This document shows, piece after piece, positions 11,362-20,513 of a stretch of DNA of 64,000 nucleotides (the stretch's first letter is position 1; each line of letters starts with the position of its first letter). Where the stretch lies: assembly GCA_000004985.1 (NCBI GenBank), contig GG738868.1. One strand, 5' to 3'. The position numbers were made by a program, and so were the translations under genes. The notes below the pieces were generated by a model. The model worked only from the letters and a program-made list of their open reading frames with translations. It did not search any database and was not told the DNA's origin. Source of the DNA: Naegleria gruberi (taxonomy: Eukaryota).

Positions 11362-12624
11362 ATGAAAAGCATTGCTGTACTTTTATTTGCATTCCTTCTT
11401 GGTTGCGTTATTGCCCAAGCTAAGAAGAATACCCAACCAGTCAACCCAAATGGTTCTCTCGTTCAAGTTCAAATTATTTCTAGACATTGTGATAGACTTC
11501 CAAGTGCTTCATCAAAGATTCCAGCCGACCCAATTGATTGGCAATTGGTTTCTGGTTTGGCACTTGGTGATTTGACTGGTTTAGGTCAACAACAATGTAG
11601 AGAATTGGGTGAACATTTACGTGAAAGATATTTGAGCGAAGATGCTTCTAGTAGAATTTCTGGAATTACTGCCAATTACAATGCTTCAATGTTCTCATTC
11701 AGATCTACTAATTTTGATCGTGCTTTGAATTCCATGCAAACTATTGCTTTAGGTTTGTTCCCTGATAAGACAGGTGACAGAGCTACTGTTAATTATCTTG
11801 CTAAGAATGATAAGGGAAAGAAAAAGTGGGCTCTTCCACATGGTCAACAAGCTGTTCCAATTCACACTGTTGCTGATGATTATGAAAATTTATTGTTGGG
11901 TTTCACTTATTGTAACACTGTTCAAAAGAGATATAACACTGCTTTTGGTACTAAGGCTTTGGCTTATTTGAATGCTAATAGAACTTTTGTTAATCAATTG
12001 TACACTGCTACTGGTTGGACAACTGGTGATTTGACTATTTCCACTTTGATTGATTTGTTGATTGTTCAAAAGGCTCACAATATGTTGAATATCAAGTGGG
12101 TTAATGATAACTGGACTCAAGTTCTTAAAATGAGAGATGACGTCTTGTCATTGTTATATAGTTATGATGTTATGGGTAAGGAAGGATCAAGTGTTTTGAT
12201 TCAAACTTTGATTGAAAACATGAACTCATTGAATAAGAAGTATATTCACTACTCTGCTCACGATTCTACTCTTCAAGCTCTTACTGGTTCATTGAAATTG
12301 AATCAAGATTCTGATTATGCCTTCTTGGGTGGTCAACCAAATTATGGAGCTCACATTGTTGCTGAATTGTATCAAACTGCTGCTGGTAACAAGACTGTTC
12401 GTTTCATGCATGGTAATCAATTCGATTCTACTTCATTGACTCCTTTGATTTTGAAGAATTTGGGTTGTCAAACTGAATATTGTCCATTGGAAACTTTCAC
12501 TCAATTGACTTCTCAATACTCCACCACAACCAATTGGTGTGTTGATTGTGCCAATAAGGGTAAGGTTGTTTGTGCTCCATACTTTTTGAGTGTTGTTACT
12601 CCATGTACAACTTCAACCAACTAA
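11362..12624 (+). CDS. Secreted histidine acid phosphatase (branch 2; lysosomal/prostatic acid phosphatase or phytase-like)
   Basis: N-terminal signal peptide (MKSIAVLLFAFLLGCVIAQA). The RHGxRxP catalytic signature is present as ISRHCDRLP (Gly replaced by Cys). A C-terminal HD motif is present (YSAHDSTLQAL). Many Cys near the C-terminus are consistent with a secreted enzyme. Single exon. Confidence 0.75.
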   Translation: MKSIAVLLFAFLLGCVIAQAKKNTQPVNPNGSLVQVQIISRHCDRLPSASSKIPADPIDWQLVSGLALGDLTGLGQQQCRELGEHLRERYLSEDASSRISGITANYNASMFSFRSTNFDRALNSMQTIALGLFPDKTGDRATVNYLAKNDKGKKKWALPHGQQAVPIHTVADDYENLLLGFTYCNTVQKRYNTAFGTKALAYLNANRTFVNQLYTATGWTTGDLTISTLIDLLIVQKAHNMLNIKWVNDNWTQVLKMRDDVLSLLYSYDVMGKEGSSVLIQTLIENMNSLNKKYIHYSAHDSTLQALTGSLKLNQDSDYAFLGGQPNYGAHIVAELYQTAAGNKTVRFMHGNQFDSTSLTPLILKNLGCQTEYCPLETFTQLTSQYSTTTNWCVDCANKGKVVCAPYFLSVVTPCTTSTN

Positions 12625-12995
12625 ATAAACATCTCCTTCCATTTTGGTAAAAATGCAATTGCTTACATTCTTTAATAATTATTCGATTACAAAGTTTCAT
12701 CATCATGCAACAAATCTATTTGGCTGGATCTTCTTGTGATCACAAACTCTCCAAAACAAGCTTTTTCAGCGAACATTACCAAATTAAGAACTTGCTCACG
12801 CTACGGGAGCGAAAATGAAAAAATTATTTATTTAAAAAAATAGAGTTTCATCTTTATTACACTCTTTACAACTCTCTTGATTTTATTGGAGAGTATTAAA
12901 AAACGTTGTGGTGGTGGATTTTGTGTGATTTTTGGAAAGAATTTGTGTGATCGGAACGATTTTGATCAAAGGAAGTTCATTTAATCATCATCACA

Positions 12996-15890
12996 ATGAA
13001 GAATTTCTTTAGAAAGAGTACTCGTTTGTCGAGTAATGAACAATCAAATAATAATAATAATCAGAATACTTCTCCAGTTTCCTTGTCGAAAGGAGATTCG
13101 AGTAAGGATCTCACAGCAATAGCCTCAACCTTGAGTTTACCAAGAGAGGCTACAACATCAAATACGAGTGGTGTATTGTCACCATCTTCTAATTCATCAT
13201 CATCGGCAGCATCCTCCTCATACTCCTTCTTGCTTCCTACTGCAGAAAATTTAACTAGAGAACCTCCTTGTGGACTTGAATTATTTGAATATAATAATGG
13301 TGATATTTATGATGGTGAAGTTAATCAGAAGGGATTACGTCACGGATCGGGAACATGTAAATTTTCAGACAGTGCAGAAAGAGAGTTTCCTCCATCGTTA
13401 AGTTTTATTTCGCAACCTGGTCTTTCATCATTCACAGGAAAGTGGTTTTGTGGACAACCTTGTATTGGTATGTGTTGTTATTGTGATTTTATGTGAAAAT
13501 AACATTGATCAATTTGTGAAGATATTCAAGCCGTAATTCAATACGTAAATGGTGATAGATATTGTGGTGCTGTTATGGGATTTACGGAAGAACTTTTAGA
13601 AGAAGCATCAATTTTGTCAGAATATTATTATTCAAATTATACACCGTCTTCATCATCTAACAGTAGCTCTCTCAAAACCCCAAGATCATCAGTTTCATCT
13701 ACTTCTCCTTCCAACAATTCTCCAAGTGCTCCACCAAAGAAGAAAAAGAATCCATTCTCATTCTCCAGTTCAAGTGAAAATAATAATGATTCCCTCTTTG
13801 GAAAACCAGCTTCTTCATCTGATGAGGGTCTTCCTTATATTATGAAACATGGTGAAGGTGAATTGCACTACCTAGATGGCTCAAAATATAATGGAAGTTT
13901 CAGAAGAGATGTTCGTGAAGGATTTGGAGTAATGATCGACACTAAAAATGGAACTGAATATTATGGAAATTGGAAAGATAATGAAAAGGAAGGATTTGGT
14001 ACCATGATTTTCAATGATGGTACTATCTATGAAGGTGATTGGAGAGGAGGAAAGCAAGGACCAAAAGGAGTTCTCAGATTACCAAACGGTGACAGAATTG
14101 TTGGAGAATGGGATGGAAACAATATTAAGAAAGCCATTTTTGAAAAGGGGTCTATTCAAAATGTAAAGAGCAAGTGTCCAACTATGCTCCTTAGAGAAGA
14201 AGTCAAGAAATCTGAAAAGAATGACAGAACTACCTCATTTTCACACGTCACTACTCCAATCCTTGCCAAAGAAGACCTCGTTACTCCAAGGAAATGGGAC
14301 GGTCTCTTCTCTATATTTGCCAATAGTATTGAAATAGAGAAGGAAAAATATGCAAATGGTGTCACTGCTAAATGCATTGAAGAAAAGAAAACTCAAGATG
14401 GAAGCATTTCACCAATTTCCAGAAAATCAATCCAAGATGCCCTTCAGAATTATCTGGACGATTCTATGGCTCGCAAATTATCGAAAATTACAATTGATAA
14501 TGTGACTCAAATTTCACATGGAGATGAGGCCCCTATTTTTGGCGTTCTCTCTACAGCCACCAACGATCACGTTCTCTCAAGAATTATCGCCAAGTTTGTT
14601 AACCTTTTCAATTGGAAATATCACCAAAGTGATATCAAATCGACAGCTGCTGCCAAACATCACATTCCTCATGCATTGGATGACTTCGTAAGTAATTTAT
14701 TAATACTATTTTCCTGAACTAACCATTGTAGCATTCATTTGTTATCTATATTTTTGAAAAAACCTGTCACATCATTGGTAACGACTCTGTGGCTGTATTT
14801 GGTCACAAGAAACTTCTATACCATCTTAAAGATCACATACTGAGCAGAATTTACAGTACTCTTTTTACAATTTACAAATTCTGTGTAAGTTTTTAATTTC
14901 ATTTTGCTTATTACAATACTGTATCAGTATCACGAACAAGATAACATGTATAAATTCAAAATGCTTGCCCTTTCATCCATCTCAATGAGAGAACTTGGTG
15001 TAAAGGATGGATTTATTCCAACTGATGAAATGGGACTTTTTGAACCATACCAAGATTGTATCAAAAAGTTGAGAACTCTATCAACCAAATTCACAACAGC
15101 CCATGAAAAGTTTGAAATTCTCGTTGAGGTTGGTAAAGAACTCGTGACAGCTATTGATTTCATTGAGGAAAAGAAGAGAGGTAAAATATCTGATAGAGGT
15201 GCTGATGACATGTTACCAGCTTATTTGTACATTTTCATTCAAGCTCAAATACCGAATGTATATAGTACCTTCAAATTCCTTTTAGATTTTATGGATGAAA
15301 AAGTTCAAACTACTGAACAGGGTTATAGATTTTCTGTCTTTGAAAATGCAATTCAATACATTCCAATGATTGACTCATCTATTAGAGATACAAATGGAAT
15401 ACTTGTACCAACATTCGTTTTGGAAGACAGATTAGAAAGTTGTCTCAATAAGATTAAGAAGGAAGCCAGAGAACACGGAGAAGCACCAAGGTTATTGTGG
15501 ATTAGCTCAATTTTCATAGTTGTAGGAAGCACCTTGTCTGAAATTTCTCAAAGCTCAACAACATATCAATCCAATAATCCAACTCCAGTTATTCCTGTCC
15601 TTCATACACAACACCGCGACTTGTTGAGAAGATATTCCAAGTATGCTGAAAAGATACTCAAATGTGTCTCATTAAGCTTGGAAAGTACTGATATTGATAG
15701 TAGTGAAATCAAACAACAATACTCACCAAAAGAAGAATTTGAGGAAGATTGGACGCCACTTCAAAAGAAGAAGGCTGAAGAGCCTGTAATAGTGACAAAG
15801 AACTTTAATATTACTGTAGATCAAATTTATCCAAGCTACATTTATTTCAAGATGGCCAGAAAACTGGAAGAACTGATAGAAGAGCACTAA
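12996..15890 (+). CDS. ALS2/alsin-like Rab5 GEF: S/N-rich N-terminus, MORN repeats, VPS9 domain; 4 exons
   Basis: Exons 12996..13467, 13522..14687, 14732..14884, 14928..15890 (donors GTATGT, GTAAGT, GTAAGT; tgaactaacc branch box in intron 2). Several MORN repeats are present (YDGEVNQKGLRHGSG.., GEGELHYLDGSKYNGSFRRDVREGFGVMID..YYGNWKDNEKEGFGTMIFNDGTIYEGDWRGG.. and others). The VPS9 catalytic core is present (GADDMLPAYLYIFIQAQIPNVYSTFKFLLDF..GYRFSVFENAIQYI). ORF-track pieces 12996..13496, 13575..14717 and 14904..15890 are joined in frame. Confidence 0.75.
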
Positions 15891-15935
15891 TTGTACCATA
15901 AAAAATATTCAATGATTTAATGTAAAATAATTAAA

Positions 15936-17006
15936 TTACAAGGTTGTCTCCAATTTTGGATTGGTTTGCACTTTCCAAATTCCAAGAGTATAGAACATTC
16001 GTACCAAGAACAAATCTCTGGCCATACCAATAATTCCTGAAATATTGACCTTACTACCTTCAATTTCAGACCAGTTGACAGCATGTTCATGAATAGGAAT
16101 ATTCAAAGAATTGCAAATATGAATGAGATCAATATCGAAACACCATCTATCAATTTTCATATTTGGTAATACTTGTCTAACAGATTCTCTATCCATCAAT
16201 TTGAATCCACACTGTGTATCAGCAACATTTCTAATATTGGCAACGAAATTAACAAGAAAGTGGAATCCATACATTGTAATATTTCTGTACCACTTTCTTT
16301 CACGTTTAACTCCTTCCAAAAGGTGATTTCTACTTCCAACAACCATGTATCCATATTTCGATTTTCCTTGTTGTTTCATTTCTTCCATCTTGGTCAGTAA
16401 TTTATCCAAATCTCTAATATCAGTAGCATTGTCACTGTCAGCGAAAAGAATTAATTTTCCTCTACTTCTAATCATTCCTTGTTTAACAGCAAATCCCTTT
16501 CCTTTGTTTTTGATCAATCTCAAAAGTTGAATGTCAATATTATTATTTCTATTAATATATTCCTTCATAAAATCAACAGTTACACCAATTGTATTATCAG
16601 TACTTCCATCATCAACAATAATCATCTCACATTTAAAGTTTGGATTCTTTTCAATTTTTCCTTCAAGATATTGATAAGTATCCTTCAAGGTAACATTAAT
16701 TCTAGTCTCTTCTTTATATGCTGGAAATACAATACTTAAATCTAAATCAGATTCATTCAAAACAGAATATTGTTCTGCTTGTGTTTCATGTCTTTTTAAA
16801 AAGATCGGATTTGTTACAGTCATCTTGTCTCTATTCTTGATGGCAAATCGATCAGAGTCCTCCAAATCTTGTTTAGAAATAAATGCAAAATCGTTCATCT
16901 TCCAAATGGTTGTTTGTGCTCGGGCCAATCGAACAAAGAAATAATAAATTCCTCCCAAGATTGCCACAAGAGTGAGCAACAAACATGCTATCGTTGTTGT
17001 TTCCAT
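15936..17006 (-). CDS. ALG5: Dolichyl-phosphate beta-glucosyltransferase (ALG5, GT2 family)
   Basis: N-terminal TM anchor, then the GT2 motifs SIVFPAYKEE, IIVDDGSTDNT, GKGFAVKQG, VVGSRNHL and DTQCGFKL, colinear with ALG5/Dpg1. Single exon. Confidence 0.8.
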   Translation of the reverse strand: METTTIACLLLTLVAILGGIYYFFVRLARAQTTIWKMNDFAFISKQDLEDSDRFAIKNRDKMTVTNPIFLKRHETQAEQYSVLNESDLDLSIVFPAYKEETRINVTLKDTYQYLEGKIEKNPNFKCEMIIVDDGSTDNTIGVTVDFMKEYINRNNNIDIQLLRLIKNKGKGFAVKQGMIRSRGKLILFADSDNATDIRDLDKLLTKMEEMKQQGKSKYGYMVVGSRNHLLEGVKRERKWYRNITMYGFHFLVNFVANIRNVADTQCGFKLMDRESVRQVLPNMKIDRWCFDIDLIHICNSLNIPIHEHAVNWSEIEGSKVNISGIIGMARDLFLVRMFYTLGIWKVQTNPKLETTL

Positions 17007-17326
17007 TTTTTTCTTTTAAAGATTCTCTCTAATCGACAGAAGTTTGATCAACAATTGATGAGAGTAAGAAGAAGAATAAGGGACACGTGTTTTTTAAGTT
17101 CCTTGTTGGTCCATGAGTGAGTTGGACTCTTTGAAATGCAATGATGATTTAACAAAAGGTTATTGTTGTGTGTTTTTAATGATGTTAAAAGATTCAAATC
17201 TCCTCATGATGATAAAAGTGGTGCAGGAGAGAAAAGGTGCATTAATTGTACTACTACTTTACATGATGACTCTCCGAAAGTCAAAAAGTGTTGTTCAAAT
17301 GTGTTTTATGAGAGTGTGATGAATGG

Positions 17327-18089
17327 AAATTATTCTTCCTCTTCATCATCATCGTCTTGCCATGAAGTTTCAACCATTTCCTTCACTCTTCTCTCATAGA
17401 GTTTTCTATTTTCAGTGTAAAGTCTGGCTGCTTCACTGTTGGCTGGTGAATTTGGATTCGGATCAGTGAGCAAACTTTGAATGGAGGTTAAAATTGCAGC
17501 CACATCATAAATTGGACTCCATTGATTTTGAAGAATATCCAAGCAAATTTGTCCATCATTATAAACTACAATTGTATGATATGAATATTATTTAAATAAT
17601 ATTAAATATTAATATATATTCATGAATATAATAATAATTATTTAACGAAGGAAAATGTTATTACTAATACCAATCAAGTGATAAATACATACTATTTGGA
17701 TGGAACATTTTGGTGAGGAATTTTACTTTTGGTGGTTTGTTAGGATAGTCTTCATTGAAGGAAATGCTGAGTTTGAAAGTTCCACCTTCCCATGGTGTAT
17801 CTTCAGGTCTATCCGATCAAAATATTCATATTAATCACCATCAATAAATTCATCAAATAATAATAATTAACGACGTTCGTAAAATTTAGAACAATAAATT
17901 GTGATTTAAAAACCAAGAGCGAAAAAGAAGAACATGAACACAAAAAATTGTAAAAACCACCTACCCGAAAATTACAGCATTCCATTCCATAATATTGGAA
18001 TCAAGAGGTGTAGCGCTGATCCCTTGTGGTGGATCGGTTGACATCTTCTTAAAATCCTTGATTAATCTTCTCTTCACTGGTGTAGACAT
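17327..18089 (-). CDS. UBC2: Ubiquitin-conjugating enzyme E2 of the RAD6/UBC2 (UBE2A/B) type, 3 exons, acidic C-terminal tail
   Basis: Exons 18089..17965, 17808..17693, 17565..17327 (donors GTAGGT and GTATGT). The spliced product [42 protein letters not shown]|[38 protein letters not shown]|[58 protein letters not shown] is near-identical in layout to yeast Rad6, including the HPN and active-site Cys. Only the last exon appears in the ORF track (17330..17542). Confidence 0.85.
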
Positions 18090-18194
18090 TTTTTTTAATT
18101 TATTTTTATTAATAGATTGAATGCAAGAAGTAACTGGAAAATTCCTTTACAAAATATCAAACTTTAATTGCAATTATTAATATTATTAAACAAT

Positions 18195-18605
18195 TTATTT
18201 AAATGGAAGAAGTTTGAATAATAAACTTGCCATGTGAGCTCCAGTAGCAATGCATACCTTAATAAAACCAAACACAATACGAAAAGCTCCTGGGAAAAAG
18301 TACCACAACACAAAGGAACCAATTACAAAACCAACAATTACCAATTTGACGATGAGAGAAATTGGTTCTTTTGATTTCTTCACTAAACTGTTTCGTTTTC
18401 TAGTACTTGTTGTTTTTGAAGAATTACTATTTTTGGTGAATTCATTTTCCGAAGAGGAAGGTTTTGTAAAATGTGAATCAATTTTTTTCTCATTGTTGAC
18501 ATACTTGTGGAGGTCATTCTCAAGTTTATCTGCTTGGTCTTTTAATTCTTTGGAAAGTTTATCTGAAATTTGATTGGCACGAATTGACTTCATCATTTTT
18601 TTCAA
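18195..18605 (-). CDS. Small hypothetical protein with one C-terminal transmembrane segment (possible tail-anchored)
   Basis: 136-aa ORF with a charged coiled region followed by the hydrophobic stretch LIVKLVIVGFVIGSFVLWYFF. No recognisable domain. Confidence 0.35.
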   Translation of the reverse strand: MKKMMKSIRANQISDKLSKELKDQADKLENDLHKYVNNEKKIDSHFTKPSSSENEFTKNSNSSKTTSTRKRNSLVKKSKEPISLIVKLVIVGFVIGSFVLWYFFPGAFRIVFGFIKVCIATGAHMASLLFKLLPFK

Positions 18606-18736
18606 TCACTTTTCGAATTCAATCAGTTTCAAAAAGTGTTCCAATTGAGTTTATGCCTAGCTTTGTGTGTCTCAAAAAACCGAGCTAACATGCAATAATT
18701 TGTATTTTGTTTTACTAATATACACATTTTAAAGAG

Positions 18737-19997
18737 TTATACGGTGGCTGATTCATGATCCTTAGCAACTTCCATGAAAATAGATCTAGATTCAGAAGCT
18801 ACAGTAACTAACAAGATGGTATTGCTCTTGAATTGCGATTTCATCTTTCTATATTCGCTCTTTAAACTATTTGCAATTTCCATTGAAGGAACGAAACAGT
18901 GCAAGAATTGCTTTTCCCAACCATCTTCTTCGTAAACATTTTCAGTACTAGAAATAATACCAGAGAGCTTCTTATTTAAGAGCATACGTAATACCTTTGG
19001 TGACATGGTGGTATTTACTTCAGGACCAGATTGACTCTTGTAGGACAAAAAGTTAAAAGCTCTAGTTACAGAGACACCATACTTCTTTTGTCCAATTCTG
19101 ACACTATAGTCAGTCTTCTTAGAACCTGCACAATAGCCTATTTCCATTTCAGTCTTGAGGAGTTCAGCAGAGAAGAGTCTCTTTACAATTTCAAAGGAGA
19201 GACTTTCAGAAAAGACAGAATTACCTCCAGCATTTTCTTCTTGACTAATTCTTTGGGCACCTTGCGATGAACCTTGCATGAGCAATTCAAATTCGAGTTG
19301 ATTCTTGGTCTTTCCCAATTCACTTTCTGACTTTTCATTAATCAAATTCAATTCTCTCTTTTGCTTTTCCTTCAAGATCATTTCGTTGACAACACAAGTT
19401 GGCTTTTGACGAGTTTCAAAGGCGTTGAATATCTTCAATTCTTCCTTAAGCTCAGTTCTCAGATAGAATGAAGTCTTTTCATTACCAATATTGAGTGAAT
19501 AATTTCTAGAGGAAGAATTAGACGATAATGATGACCGGTTCTGCGATAATGATCGGCATGAGCGTGCCACACATTGAGCCTTTGGTGCCTTTTTCTCTTC
19601 CTGTGAATATACCTGCTGCCACATTGGCCCCACGACGTTTACTTCTTGCATTGGTAGGACATTGTCTAAGGCAGTTGACCGGAAGGTATTGTTGTTCATA
19701 GACAACCTCTTCTGATTCTGACTTGTACTTTCGATCCTCATAGAACCAGTAATGGTTCTTGGAGCAGTGATCAAAGCAAAGCTTGTTGGAGTAGGAGTTG
19801 TTGTTGAGGTTGTTATTTGAGTTATTGGACAAGTTTGAGGAATTAAAAAGACTCAATCGACTGCTGCTTCGAAGGCTGGATAAATTAGACGAGCTTAAAG
19901 CACTTGAAGTACTGGAGTTGCTGCTGTTTAAGGGACTGCTACTCAAAGAAGAGAGGCTACTGCTTGAGGAGGAGAATGAGTTGTTAGAGCTGTTCAT
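18737..19997 (-). CDS. Hypothetical protein with an S-rich low-complexity N-terminal region; two overlapping reading frames, N-terminus unresolved
   Basis: ORF 18737..19774 (345 aa) has a structured C-terminal half (EIGYCAGSKKTDYSVRIGQKKYGVSVTRAFNF..GWEKQFLHCFVP..) that I cannot assign to a family. ORF 19518..19997 (poly-Ser N-terminus) overlaps it in another frame. Both frames are open across the overlap, and I found no convincing intron to join them. Confidence 0.4.
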
Positions 19998-20513
19998 TTC
20001 TAATAGATTTTGTTGAGTGGTTGGTGATGAATTTGAGTCGAGTGGTATAGTGGTTTGATGTTTTTAAATTGATTCAAATATAGTGTAATCTTTTTAAAGT
20101 GGTTTTGTGGTTGAGCTTGTTTTTTTGGGTGATAGTGCGCTTGGATATTGAGTCACGTTTGTTGTGTGGTCAAAAATAGCTTGTTGTAGTTAATACAGAA
20201 GAGAATGAAAACGAGTTGTTTTTTTTTTCTTGTTCGATGGTTTTTTGTCGCTTGAGTTCTTATGCAACACTGAATTTGCAGTTCTAAAAATAATTTTGGG
20301 TGATTTTGTAAAGTGCAGGTCAATACGTGATTGGTCAACCAGTATTAGGAATGAACTTGGTAGTGTACTTAGTATTGAATTACATTGGTTTGACAAATGA
20401 ATACACTTTGACAAATTAGAACTCCCCAATGAAGAAGGATAAGTCAAAGTAACATCAGACTTCTCCTAAAGAAACTTCCAAATTTTACTTGCTTTAAATT
20501 TCTATAATACTTG

